Shown here piece after piece: positions 48,172-57,788 of a stretch of DNA of 64,000 nucleotides. A program made the translations under genes and the position numbers. The notes beneath the pieces are model-generated. The model was not told the DNA's origin and searched no databases. It was given only the letters and a program-made list of their open reading frames with translations. Position 1 is the first letter of the stretch. Each line of letters starts with the position of its first letter. The DNA is from a bacterium (GTDB taxonomy: Bacteria; Patescibacteriota; Minisyncoccia; Phycocordibacterales; Phycocordibacteraceae): NCBI GenBank assembly GCA_023267755.1, contig JAHFMR010000003.1:7315-71314 (forward strand). The letters are read 5' to 3'.

Positions 48172-49408
48172 TCGTAAGGAAGTCGATCGCGCGCTGGACC
48201 TGCGAATCTTTCTCTTCAGGCGAGGCGGCCTTAGTGTAGGCGACCTTGATGTCCGGCGTGATGCCGTTACCCATAATCCAGTGCCCGGCGGGGGTTATCC
48301 AGCGCGCCACAGTCACCTTAAGCGAGCCCTTGTCGAGGTCAATAAGCGTCTGCACCGAGCCCTTACCGAAGGACTGCAGGCCGATAATCTTAGCGACCTT
48401 CGCGTCTTGGAGCGCGCCCGAGAGAATCTCGGAGGCAGAGGCGGAGCCGCCGTCGATAAGCACCACGATTTCAGTCCCCGCCGGGACATCGTTGTAGCCG
48501 AGGCTGGTATGCACCTGATTCTTATCCTTACCGCCAAAGTCTTCGGTCACGACAGTCGCACCCTTGGGGAGGAAGTGGCTCGCGATGTCGACCGCCGCGT
48601 CGAGATAGCCGCCCGGATTGGAGCGCAGATCGATAATCAGCTTCTTAGCGCCCGACGCCTTGAATCGCGAGAAGGCCTGATCAAAGAGATCGGCCGAGTT
48701 CGCGGTGAACTCAAAGAGCGCGATGCTGTACACGCCACTTGCCGCGTCGAGACTGTCTTTGGTCTCGGGCACCTGAATAGTGTCGCGGACGACCTTGATG
48801 TCGAGCGCCTTCCCATCACGCACCAGCCCGAAGTCGACTGTTGTACCGACAGGGCCGCGAATCTTCGTCACCGCCTTCTCGGTCGAGAGGCCGTCGGTCG
48901 ACTTCCCGTCGATCGTTGCGATAAGGTCGCCTGCTTGGATACCCGCCTTCTCAGCCGGTGTCCCCTTGAGCGGCGCGATGACGGTGAGGATACCGTTCTT
49001 CACATCGATCTCCATCCCCACTCCCGCAAAGCTCCCCGAGATATTGTCGGCAAACGCCTTGGCCTCAACCGGCGGGAAGTAGACCGTGTACGGATCGCCG
49101 TAGGAGGCGGCGAGTCCTTGTATCGCACCGAACATCTTCTCCTTGGTTGTTGGGATTGTCGAGGAGGCGTGCGTGACGACATAGTTGGTATCGAGTGCAT
49201 TCCACGCTTTCCAGAAATCGGTGAAGTCGGCGCCTTGGTTCGGGGTAGAATCGAGCCCATCGCCCACCAGCGGGATATGAGAGACGATGACCGTCGGCGT
49301 TGCGCCAGTGCCGCCGACAACAAGTCCCGCGCCAAACGCGAGTGCCGCGACGAGTGCATACGCGATACCGCGTGCGACGATGTTCTTCTTTACGTATTCC
49401 GACTCCAT
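48161..49408 (-). CDS. ctpA: Carboxyl-terminal processing protease (peptidase S41)
   Basis: PDZ domain, S41 catalytic GGSASASE...K, N-terminal TM. Confidence 0.9.
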   Translation of the reverse strand: MESEYVKKNIVARGIAYALVAALAFGAGLVVGGTGATPTVIVSHIPLVGDGLDSTPNQGADFTDFWKAWNALDTNYVVTHASSTIPTTKEKMFGAIQGLAASYGDPYTVYFPPVEAKAFADNISGSFAGVGMEIDVKNGILTVIAPLKGTPAEKAGIQAGDLIATIDGKSTDGLSTEKAVTKIRGPVGTTVDFGLVRDGKALDIKVVRDTIQVPETKDSLDAASGVYSIALFEFTANSADLFDQAFSRFKASGAKKLIIDLRSNPGGYLDAAVDIASHFLPKGATVVTEDFGGKDKNQVHTSLGYNDVPAGTEIVVLIDGGSASASEILSGALQDAKVAKIIGLQSFGKGSVQTLIDLDKGSLKVTVARWITPAGHWIMGNGITPDIKVAYTKAASPEEKDSQVQRAIDFLTNGK

Positions 49409-49457
49409 TGTTCGTAGAGTGTAGCACGGCCGAAATATCCCATGCTATTCTAGAGCT

Positions 49458-50378
49458 ATGATTTCTCGACACGACTATCGAGGCGGTGTGTGGGTCGACC
49501 TCGAACAGCCTACCGAAGAAGAGATTCGTGAAGTCGCCGAGGAGTTCGCTATCAGCGAACGGCTCGAGCGGGAACTCCTCTCCCCTACCCCCTCGCCACT
49601 CGTCGCGAACGAGAGCGATATGGCGCTCCTCGTACTTCACTTCCCTGCGCACGGCGCCGAAGACGGTGCTACCGAGAACCAGGAGGTCGACTTCATCGTG
49701 GGGAATAACTTCATCTTAACCGTGCGCTACGAGGTCGTCGCGCCGCTTCACCATCTCCAGAAGCTCCTCGAGGCCCAGAGCCTCGTTTCGAAACACGCGG
49801 CGCTTACAACCGACGTCTTGCTCGAAGTGCTCTTCGCGCACCTCTACACCTCGATGCGCGATCATACCAACCATATTGTGAGCCGTCTCACGCGCATCGA
49901 GGAAGATATGTTCGACGGCGCCGAGCGCAAGACGATTATCTCTATCTTGCGCGTCAGTCGCGAATTCCTGCATATGGAGACAACGATCGCTAACCAAGAA
50001 GAGCCGCTTAGCCGCTTCCTCTCGCTCCTCGCACAGAAGAACTCATTCGGCACTTCCTTCTCCGAACGCGGAGGACGCATCCTCGACGGACGCAATCAGG
50101 TCGCACGCCTCATCAAGACACATCGTGCGATAGCGGCCGAGCTGCGCGAGACAAACATCGCTCTCCTGGAGTCAAGACAGAACGAGATTATGAAGATGCT
50201 CACCATCATCACCGTCATCGTTCTCCCGCTCGAGCTTATCGCAGTCACCTTCGGCATCCACGCGCCAGGGACGCCGGTCGAGGGGAGCCCCAACGCATTC
50301 TGGATTATCCTCGGGATTATGTTCGGCACGATGACGGTGATGACTCTCTTCTTCGCGAGGAGACGCTGGCTCTTCTAA
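49458..50378 (+). CDS. CorA-family divalent metal ion transporter with GIH in place of GMN
   Basis: CorA-like cytoplasmic domain and two C-terminal TM helices; FGIHA aligns to the canonical YGMNF. Confidence 0.65.
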   Translation: MISRHDYRGGVWVDLEQPTEEEIREVAEEFAISERLERELLSPTPSPLVANESDMALLVLHFPAHGAEDGATENQEVDFIVGNNFILTVRYEVVAPLHHLQKLLEAQSLVSKHAALTTDVLLEVLFAHLYTSMRDHTNHIVSRLTRIEEDMFDGAERKTIISILRVSREFLHMETTIANQEEPLSRFLSLLAQKNSFGTSFSERGGRILDGRNQVARLIKTHRAIAAELRETNIALLESRQNEIMKMLTIITVIVLPLELIAVTFGIHAPGTPVEGSPNAFWIILGIMFGTMTVMTLFFARRRWLF

Positions 50379-50381
50379 TGT

Positions 50382-51839
50382 ATGGGGCTGTTCGCACGTC
50401 TATTCAAGAAAAGAGAAGCGGCTGATCATAATCGCCCTGCGCCAATATTCTTCGCCAATACGCTCTCGGGCCGTAAAGAGCTCTTCGTGCCGCAACGTCC
50501 GGGCATCGTCCTCTTCTATTCCTGTGGACCCACGGTGTACGGCCCAGCGCATATCGGCAATCTGCGTGCTTATATCTTTTCCGACACTATTGCGCGCGTA
50601 CTTGAGGCCACCGGCTACCGCGTGCGGCGCGTAATCAACATCACGGACGTCGGCCACCTCGTGGGCGACGGCGATCGCGGCGAGGACAAGATGGCGGTGG
50701 GCGCCGAGCGCGAGAAGACGACTCCTGAAGCAATCGCCGAGCGCTACACGCGACAATTTATCGAAGACCTCGACACGCTTGCTATTACTACGAGCGATAT
50801 CCAGTTCCCGCGCGCGACTGCTTATATCAAAGAACAAATCGCTCTGGCTAAAACACTTGAGGAAAAAGGCTTCGCCTACTACATCCCCGACGGGCTCTAT
50901 TTTGATACGCAAAAGTTTCCGGGATACGGCAAGCTCGGCGACCTCGTCGGTGTGAAGCTCGAGGCTGGCGCACGCGTCGGACTGGTCAAGGGTAAGCGTC
51001 ACTCGTCCGACTTCGCGCTCTGGCGCACTGCCAAGCAGGGCGATCTCCAGCAATGGGACAGTCCGTGGGGCCGCGGCAATCCGGGCTGGCACGTAGAATG
51101 TTCGGCGATGGCGCGCTCGCTCTTGGGCCAAGAAATTGATATTCACACGGGCGGAGAGGATCACATCGCTATTCACCACAACAACGAAATAGCCCAGTCA
51201 GAGGCAGCGAGCGGACGCACTTTCGTCCATTACTGGATGCACAGTGCCTTCCTCACGATGAACGGAGAGAAAGCGTCGAAGTCACTTGGTAATGTCGTCT
51301 ATCTCTCTGATGTCGTCGCAAAAGGATTCCATCCGCTCGCACTCCGCTATTTCTTCCTCCAGGCGCACTATCGCACTCCCCTCTCCTTCTCGTGGGACGC
51401 GCTTGCGGGCGCTGGTAACGCACTCGATCGACTCTGGAAGCTCTCTGATGAGATCGCAGAAGAATCGCGCGAAAAGAGCGCTCCGTCTGAAGCACGCGAC
51501 CGTTTCCTCGTCGCGATGCGTGACGATCTCGCGACGCCTCAAGCGCTCGGCATCCTCTGGGAGACCCTCCGAAGCGAGGAATACACGCCCGAGGAGAAAT
51601 GGGGACTCCTTCAAGACGCTGAAGTACACCTCGGGCTCTCACTCACTATGCCGCCGCTCGCTCCCGAGATGACTCCCGCGGATATCCCAGAAGACGTTCG
51701 CACACTGCTCGCTAAGCGCGAAGATGCTCGCCTTTCCAAGGATTTTACCCAGGCAGACCGTATCCGAGATGAGATTCTGAACAGGGGATATCATGTGGAA
51801 GACGGCCCAAATGGCCCAGTGTTGACCGGACGCGTATAG
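50382..51839 (+). CDS. cysS: Cysteinyl-tRNA synthetase
   Basis: HIGN and KSLGN motifs, Zn-binding Cys; about 20-aa N-terminal extension. Confidence 0.9.
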   Translation: MGLFARLFKKREAADHNRPAPIFFANTLSGRKELFVPQRPGIVLFYSCGPTVYGPAHIGNLRAYIFSDTIARVLEATGYRVRRVINITDVGHLVGDGDRGEDKMAVGAEREKTTPEAIAERYTRQFIEDLDTLAITTSDIQFPRATAYIKEQIALAKTLEEKGFAYYIPDGLYFDTQKFPGYGKLGDLVGVKLEAGARVGLVKGKRHSSDFALWRTAKQGDLQQWDSPWGRGNPGWHVECSAMARSLLGQEIDIHTGGEDHIAIHHNNEIAQSEAASGRTFVHYWMHSAFLTMNGEKASKSLGNVVYLSDVVAKGFHPLALRYFFLQAHYRTPLSFSWDALAGAGNALDRLWKLSDEIAEESREKSAPSEARDRFLVAMRDDLATPQALGILWETLRSEEYTPEEKWGLLQDAEVHLGLSLTMPPLAPEMTPADIPEDVRTLLAKREDARLSKDFTQADRIRDEILNRGYHVEDGPNGPVLTGRV

Positions 51840-51855
51840 TGGTAAAATCAGTGGG

Positions 51856-53211
51856 ATGGCCACCGACCGCATCCCTCCCCAATCTCTCGAGTCAGAGCGT
51901 GCGCTCCTCGGAGCGCTCCTCCTCAAGCCTGACGCGATTCACGACGTCTCGGACCTTATCCACCCGGACTCTTTCTACGCCGAGAAACATCGGCTCATAT
52001 TCGGTGCGATGCGCGAGCTCGCCGACCGCGGTGAGCCCATCGACCAGCTCACACTCTCACAGCGCCTCTTAGACCAGGGGCTCCTTGAGCGTAGCGGCAG
52101 CCGGAGCTACCTCGCCGAGCTCGCCGGCTCTGCACCAGCTCCAGGAAACTTCTCTCACTACGCTGATCTCGTCTCGCGCAAGCACGTGATGCGCTCTTTA
52201 ATCGACGCCGCGTATACAATCACCGAGACCGCCTACGACGACGCGCGCGACACTATCGAAGTGCTCGACGAAGCGGAGAAAGCAATTTACGCGATCGGCG
52301 ACAAGTCGGCTGCACACGCCTTCACTGCTATCGGTGACAAGGTCCACGAAGCGTGGGAGCGCATCGAGGCTCTCTCGCACAAGGAGGACGGCATCCGTGG
52401 TGTCCCCTCCGGCTTCCCTGCTCTCGATAACCTGCTCTCGGGCTTCCACCCGTCTGACCTTGTTATCCTCGCGGCACGCCCCTCGATGGGTAAGACCGCG
52501 CTCGCACTCGATATCGCGCGCAACGCCGCTGTCCGTCACGGCGTCCCGGTGGGCATCTTCTCGCTCGAGATGAGCTCGGAGCAGCTCATCGATCGTATGC
52601 TCGCGGCAGAGTCATTCGTGAACTCGTGGAAGCTGCGCACTGGCCAGGTGCGTGAAGAGGAAGACTTCAGTCGCATCCGCGATGCACTCGAGACGCTCTC
52701 GAAGGCACCTATCTACATCGACGACAAGCCCGGGAACAATATCCTCGCGATGCGCGCGGTGGCCAGACGTCTCAAGCGCGATCGCGGTATCGGCCTTATC
52801 GTCGTCGACTACCTCCAGCTGATGGCACCCACCTCGACCAAGGCGTCTGATTCACTCGTCCAGCAGGTGACCGAGATCTCGCGCTCGCTCAAGTCGCTTG
52901 CGCGCGAGCTCCAGGTGCCCGTCATCGCACTCTCGCAGCTCTCGCGTGCAGTGGAACAGCGCGGCGGTAAGCCGCGCCTCTCCGACCTGCGCGACTCGGG
53001 CTCTATCGAGCAAGACGCTGATGTCGTGATGTTTATCCATCGCGAGGACAAGCGCAATCCGGAGAGTGAACGCCCCAACGTCGCCGAGATCCTTATCGAG
53101 AAGCACCGCAACGGCCCCACCGGAGCCTGTGAGCTCTTCTTCGATGAGAAGCGTGCCACCTTCCAGCCAGTGGACACTGCCGGCTACGGCGACCTCGCTG
53201 GCGAATTCTAA
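51856..53211 (+). CDS. dnaB: Replicative DNA helicase DnaB
   Basis: N-terminal domain plus RecA-like Walker A (GKTALAL) and B motifs. Confidence 0.95.
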   Translation: MATDRIPPQSLESERALLGALLLKPDAIHDVSDLIHPDSFYAEKHRLIFGAMRELADRGEPIDQLTLSQRLLDQGLLERSGSRSYLAELAGSAPAPGNFSHYADLVSRKHVMRSLIDAAYTITETAYDDARDTIEVLDEAEKAIYAIGDKSAAHAFTAIGDKVHEAWERIEALSHKEDGIRGVPSGFPALDNLLSGFHPSDLVILAARPSMGKTALALDIARNAAVRHGVPVGIFSLEMSSEQLIDRMLAAESFVNSWKLRTGQVREEEDFSRIRDALETLSKAPIYIDDKPGNNILAMRAVARRLKRDRGIGLIVVDYLQLMAPTSTKASDSLVQQVTEISRSLKSLARELQVPVIALSQLSRAVEQRGGKPRLSDLRDSGSIEQDADVVMFIHREDKRNPESERPNVAEILIEKHRNGPTGACELFFDEKRATFQPVDTAGYGDLAGEF

Positions 53212-53240
53212 AATGAAAATTGTTTGCGCTTTTTGAATGT

Positions 53241-53864
53241 ATGGATCACATTGACGATCTCGCTCGTGCGCTCGCTCGCTTCCCCGGTATCGGTCCGCGC
53301 CAGGGTAAACGCTTCGTCTATCACTTACTCTCTGCTCCCGCGAGCGAGCGTGCCGAGCTCGCCGAGCTTATCACCGCACTCGGCACAGAAGTGCACCAGT
53401 GCCCTGAGTGCTTGCGTTTCTATACTGACAAATCTAAGACGGTCTGCCGTTACTGCTCCGATCCCTCACGCGACGACAGCGTACTGATGCTGGTCGAAAA
53501 GGATCAGGACCTCACGGCGGTTGAACGCGCGGGCACTTATCGCGGTCGCTACTTCGTCCTTGGTGGCGTCCTCACGCTCTCAGGCAAAGGTGCCATCCGC
53601 GAGAAGGAATTACTGAGAACCATCGAACGTCGTCTCTCATCCTCTCCTGAGCAAGGGCTACCCTTGCTCAAAGAAATCGTGCTCGCGCTCTCGGCTACGA
53701 GCGAGGGCGAGCACACAGCCGACCGTGTGCGCGGGCTCCTCACCTCCTATCGCGAACGAGTAAAGCTCTCGGCGCTCGGCCGCGGCCTCGCTACCGGCAG
53801 CGAGCTCGAGTACTCCGACGCCGAAACGCTGCGCGCTGCGCTCTCTAATCGCAAGGAGGCGTAA
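53241..53864 (+). CDS. recR: Recombination protein RecR
   Basis: HhH (FPGIGPRQ), C4 zinc finger and Toprim; the ORF-track start 53220 is TTG, ATG 53241 is preferred. Confidence 0.9.
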   Translation: MDHIDDLARALARFPGIGPRQGKRFVYHLLSAPASERAELAELITALGTEVHQCPECLRFYTDKSKTVCRYCSDPSRDDSVLMLVEKDQDLTAVERAGTYRGRYFVLGGVLTLSGKGAIREKELLRTIERRLSSSPEQGLPLLKEIVLALSATSEGEHTADRVRGLLTSYRERVKLSALGRGLATGSELEYSDAETLRAALSNRKEA

Positions 53865-53893
53865 ACAAGATAAAAGCACCCGTGAGGGTGCTT
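53863..53893. terminator. Bidirectional Rho-independent terminator
   Basis: agcaccc-gtga-gggtgct hairpin flanked by A and T runs, between convergent recR and the helicase. Confidence 0.6.
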
Positions 53894-53916
53894 TTATCTT
53901 TGTAAAATCGGACTGA

Positions 53917-55281
53917 TTAGCGTTCTTGGACGAAGGTGAGGGCGATACCCTTCATATCGGCGCGGCCAGTGCGGCCGATGCGGTGCACATAGTCCTCATA
54001 GGTACTCGGCAGATCGTAGTTGATCACGTGCGAGACGGCAGGGATATCGAGTCCACGTGCGGCAACGTCGGTCGCTACGAGTGCACTCACCTTACCGCTC
54101 TTGAAGGCCTCAAGCGCGCGGATGCGTGCGCCATAGGTCTTATTGCCGTGAATGCTCTCGGCGTGGATATGCAGACGCGAGAGCGCCTTGGCGAGCTTCT
54201 CAACGCCGAACTTGGTACGGCCGAAGATAAGCACGCGGCTGAACTCGCGGTCCTTAAGCATCTCTGCGAGAATCTCAAACTTATCCTTACCACGTGGGAT
54301 GCGCACCACGTCCTGCTCCACGTTCTTGGAGGTGTCCTGCGTCTTGACCGAGATTATGACTGGGCTCTCGAGGAAGTCGCCGATGAGCTTCTCAATATCC
54401 TTACCCATCGTCGCCGAGAAGAAGAGCGTGTGACGCTCCTTACGCATCTTGGAGAGGATAAGGCGCATATCGTCGATAAAGCCCATATCGAGCATCCGGT
54501 CTGCCTCGTCGAGGACGACCGTACCGAAGTCGGTGAGCACGAGCGCCTTACGCTCGAGGAGATCCTTCAAGCGACCCGGAGTGCCGATAACAAATGCTGG
54601 ATCGTGCTTCAAGTCGCGAATTTGCGGTGTGATGTTGGTACCACCCACCGCGACCATACCGCGGAAGCCGAGCCCCTTGGCAAAGCCGGCGAGCTCCTTC
54701 TCTATCTGGACTGCGAGCTCGCGTGTCGGCGCCATAATCAGGACGCGCTCGCCCTTCTGCTTCATCACCTTGTCGATGAGCGGAATAAGAAAAGCTGCGG
54801 TCTTACCAGTGCCGGTCTCGGCGAGTCCGACCACGTCCTGGCCGAGAAGCGCGTGCGGAATAGCCTTATCCTGGATCGGTGTTGGCGATACATACTTGCG
54901 CGCCTCGATGTTCTTCTTGAGATGCAAGTTGATATCGAAGTCGGCGAACGTGTGCTCGGGGACGAAGACCGGCTCCGAGGTCGTCACGACTGTCTTGTTC
55001 ATAAACTTGGCGATCTCGGCCTCGGTCTCACCGAAGGTGCCGAAGCCGCCACGACGTGCGCCACCACGGCTGCCACCGAAGCTCGGACGGCTGCTGCTGT
55101 AGCTTCTGCTGCCAGATGGGCGGCCACTACCGAAGCGGCGTGGGCCAGCTGACTCACCCCCTGTAGAGCGCGGAGAATATGGCCGACTTGGTCGATCCGT
55201 GTCTCGTGAGCTTCGGCGCGGAGCACCCTTAGCGGGCGCACTGCCGTCTCCTGACTGATGATTCCATCTTCCTATTTGCAT
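53917..55281 (-). CDS. DEAD-box ATP-dependent RNA helicase with N-terminal RG/S-rich low-complexity extension
   Basis: Q motif, TGTGKT, DEAD, SAT, HRIGRTGR; about 90-aa N-terminal R/G/S-rich region whose reality depends on start choice (alternative start MNKTVV at 55002). Confidence 0.85.
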   Translation of the reverse strand: MQIGRWNHQSGDGSAPAKGAPRRSSRDTDRPSRPYSPRSTGGESAGPRRFGSGRPSGSRSYSSSRPSFGGSRGGARRGGFGTFGETEAEIAKFMNKTVVTTSEPVFVPEHTFADFDINLHLKKNIEARKYVSPTPIQDKAIPHALLGQDVVGLAETGTGKTAAFLIPLIDKVMKQKGERVLIMAPTRELAVQIEKELAGFAKGLGFRGMVAVGGTNITPQIRDLKHDPAFVIGTPGRLKDLLERKALVLTDFGTVVLDEADRMLDMGFIDDMRLILSKMRKERHTLFFSATMGKDIEKLIGDFLESPVIISVKTQDTSKNVEQDVVRIPRGKDKFEILAEMLKDREFSRVLIFGRTKFGVEKLAKALSRLHIHAESIHGNKTYGARIRALEAFKSGKVSALVATDVAARGLDIPAVSHVINYDLPSTYEDYVHRIGRTGRADMKGIALTFVQER

Positions 55282-55383
55282 ACGATATAAAGTAAAAGAC
55301 TAGCTTAATAAGCCTCGTGTTGAAGTCTGAACTCGTAAAAAACGTGGAGGAGAATCGATTCCGCAGAATCGCCTACTGGGCGA

Positions 55384-55701
55384 TTAAGAAATGCTATCGA
55401 TCTTGACCTTGATGATCGGTTGGCGGTGGCCGTTGCGCTTGTAGTAGCGGCTCTTCGGCTTGTACTTCACCACCTCGATCTTCGGGGCCCTCCCGACGAG
55501 AACAACAGTGCCCTTGACCTCTGCGCCCTTGATAACAGGCGCACCGATGGTCGTGTCCGAGCCGTTGTCGACGAGGAGCACCTCGCTGAAGACAACTGAG
55601 TCGCCTTTCTTGACCTCTCCCGGGAGCTTCTCAATAGCAATTGTGTCGTCCTTGGAGACGACATACTGCTTCCCGCCGGTCTTGATTACGGCCACTTCCA
55701 T
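55384..55701 (-). CDS. rplU: 50S ribosomal protein L21
   Basis: L21 family sequence. Confidence 0.95.
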   Translation of the reverse strand: MEVAVIKTGGKQYVVSKDDTIAIEKLPGEVKKGDSVVFSEVLLVDNGSDTTIGAPVIKGAEVKGTVVLVGRAPKIEVVKYKPKSRYYKRNGHRQPIIKVKIDSIS

Positions 55702-55752
55702 AGTCCCTGTAATGTAGCATTTCCGGCCTAAAAAGACAAGGCGAGCCGGAGT

Positions 55753-56568
55753 TTACGACACTTCACTCTGCTTTGCTTTTTTCTTCTTTTCAGAACCATT
55801 CTCGAGCGTAGCTTTAGTGCCCCACGCGAGTTCTTTGGCCAACTTTAGCGGGAGACCCGTATTACGCACTGTTTCCACCCCGTTTACAAGCGCGGCGCCA
55901 AGAAAGAGCACCCGATTGAGAATGGTTGGTTTTACCTGCAGAGCGCCGTTCTTATAATCCGTCTGCATATCGACAAAGGTATCAAATGTATTCGCTCCCC
56001 TTCCGAAACGAGAAAGCGTATACACTAACTTCTGGTATTCTTTTGTATCTTTAAATTCAGGGGGGAGAAAAGGGAGGAAGAGCTTCCCGGTTATCTGCCC
56101 TTCGACCAGTGTTAAGCGGATTAATTTATCTGGATCCGATTCAATTTTGATATCTTCAGTCACTCTCAAGATGAGGGAAAGAAGCGTATGGAGAAAATGC
56201 GCTCGCTCCCCTCCGATTTCTGCCGAGAGCTGTGCTACATCATACATAGCTTGATGCAAATCGAGATCATCAGAAAAATCAACCACTTGCCCTTGGAGCG
56301 AAGCCTTTATGCGCGCAGTAAGCGCTTCCCGTTCTGCAATAGTACGGGAATGATCAATCCGATCATCAACGATACGTATCGCTGACATTAACACTTTCCA
56401 TTGTTGTTTTGTTTGCTCGGGTACGGCTAAGCCATGTGCTGCTTCCACGAGCACAGCGACAGAGCCTGCGGCTTGTTCAAAATTTTTCTTGGAACGCTCT
56501 ATATCTCTTTCCTCTTTGGGTAAAATCGCATCTCCTCCCGAGCCAGCAAAAGATTCTATACCTGCCAT
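55753..56568 (-). CDS. Hypothetical alpha-helical protein (lower GC)
   Basis: No confident family; contains Asp-rich IVDDRID and DMQTDYKNG segments. Confidence 0.45.
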   Translation of the reverse strand: MAGIESFAGSGGDAILPKEERDIERSKKNFEQAAGSVAVLVEAAHGLAVPEQTKQQWKVLMSAIRIVDDRIDHSRTIAEREALTARIKASLQGQVVDFSDDLDLHQAMYDVAQLSAEIGGERAHFLHTLLSLILRVTEDIKIESDPDKLIRLTLVEGQITGKLFLPFLPPEFKDTKEYQKLVYTLSRFGRGANTFDTFVDMQTDYKNGALQVKPTILNRVLFLGAALVNGVETVRNTGLPLKLAKELAWGTKATLENGSEKKKKAKQSEVS

Positions 56569-56595
56569 AAGACTAGTATATATGAACTGGTAAGA

Positions 56596-57651
56596 CTATT
56601 CCTCACCGGTAATCGGCTTTTCGAGTAGCTCGGGCTCGATGCCTATCTTGGATTCGGCGATGCGATAGACATCTTTATCTATCTTACCGAGTTCTTTATA
56701 GCCGCTGTTGTAGTGGCTCACGGTGGTCCCGAGCGAGACGCCGAGCTTCTTATAGAACTGCTCATAGGAGCCTATATGCTTCCCCAGCTCCCCCACTCTC
56801 TGCTGGATCTCAACCGCCTTCTTCTCTATCTCGAGTGCCTTTAGCCCCTGCATCACCGTCTGGAGGTAGGCGAGGAAGGATGTCGGTGAGACGATAATCA
56901 CCTTATACTTCCCTGCCGCCCGCTGGATGAGATTTTCCTCGCCGTCACCTCCACCCACTTCGTTGGTCAGGAGGTCGTAGTAGATACCTTCGCTTGGGAT
57001 GAACATAAAGGCGAAGTCCATTGTGTTCTCCTCCGGCCGGATATACTTGGCTGTCTCGGTGATACGGAGCTTCAGGTCATTAACAAAAGCTTTTTCTGCG
57101 GCGTCACGCTCAGGTGTGCCGATTTGTGCACTCACGAAGCGGTTGTAATTGTCGAGCGAGAACTTGGAATCAATTGGCACGATTTTATCGCTCACAAAGA
57201 CAGCGGCGTCCACTATCTCGCCATTCTTAAAGGGATACTGGATCTGGTACATACCCGGCGGGAGGACGTTCTTAAGCACCGTCTCCAAGTAATACTCGCC
57301 GAGGATGCCGCGCTGCTTCGGATTCTTCAGAATGTCTTGGAGATTCTGCAGCTGTTCGGCAAAGCCCTGGGTCTGGCGACCAATCTCCTTCACCGAGGTG
57401 ACTTCCTGGGTGATTTCCTTAATCAGCCGCGCGCTCTCGGTGAACTGACGATGCGCGTTGTCCTGCATCTGCTTAGAGGTCTCGGTGACACGCGCGTCGA
57501 GAGTGCGTTCGAGATTCTGGAGCTGCTGCTGGAGGAGGAGCATCCCGCCCTCTTCCTGGGGCGTCTCGCGACGACGGAAGATGAGGTAGAGCCCCACCCC
57601 CTGCACGAAGAGGAGAGCGAGCACGATAAGCGCGACGGTGAAAATGCTCAT
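56596..57651 (-). CDS. rmuC: DNA recombination protein RmuC
   Basis: N-terminal TM plus coiled coil, RmuC C-terminal nuclease-like domain; TATACT 7 nt upstream of the ATG on the minus strand. Confidence 0.85.
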   Translation of the reverse strand: MSIFTVALIVLALLFVQGVGLYLIFRRRETPQEEGGMLLLQQQLQNLERTLDARVTETSKQMQDNAHRQFTESARLIKEITQEVTSVKEIGRQTQGFAEQLQNLQDILKNPKQRGILGEYYLETVLKNVLPPGMYQIQYPFKNGEIVDAAVFVSDKIVPIDSKFSLDNYNRFVSAQIGTPERDAAEKAFVNDLKLRITETAKYIRPEENTMDFAFMFIPSEGIYYDLLTNEVGGGDGEENLIQRAAGKYKVIIVSPTSFLAYLQTVMQGLKALEIEKKAVEIQQRVGELGKHIGSYEQFYKKLGVSLGTTVSHYNSGYKELGKIDKDVYRIAESKIGIEPELLEKPITGEE

Positions 57652-57667
57652 AGACTCCAGTATAACG

Positions 57668-57770
57668 CCGCCGAGGCTCCACGAGAAATGAGTCTCGCAG
57701 GCTGACGAGCCGAGAGGAGCGGATTTTCCAGCAGGAAAAGACCGCGCTCATTTCGAGTGGAACTCGGCGG
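57668..57770. repeat. Imperfect 24-25-bp inverted repeat with a nested hairpin in the rmuC/yqeY divergent intergenic region
   Basis: Left arm 57668-57692 ccgccgaggctccacgagaaatgag, right arm 57747-57770 ctcatttcgagtggaactcggcgg; inner hairpin ttttcc-agca-ggaaaa. Confidence 0.4.
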
Positions 57771-57788
57771 TGTGATATTATCTTCCCT

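Noticed and set aside
48110-49417. 435-aa plus-strand ORF
   Set aside because: Entirely antisense to the confidently identified ctpA (S41 protease). It has an Arg/Gly/Asp-rich composition typical of antisense frames in high-GC DNA.
53926-55152. 408-aa plus-strand ORF
   Set aside because: Antisense to the DEAD-box helicase gene, with no recognisable motifs. Spurious.
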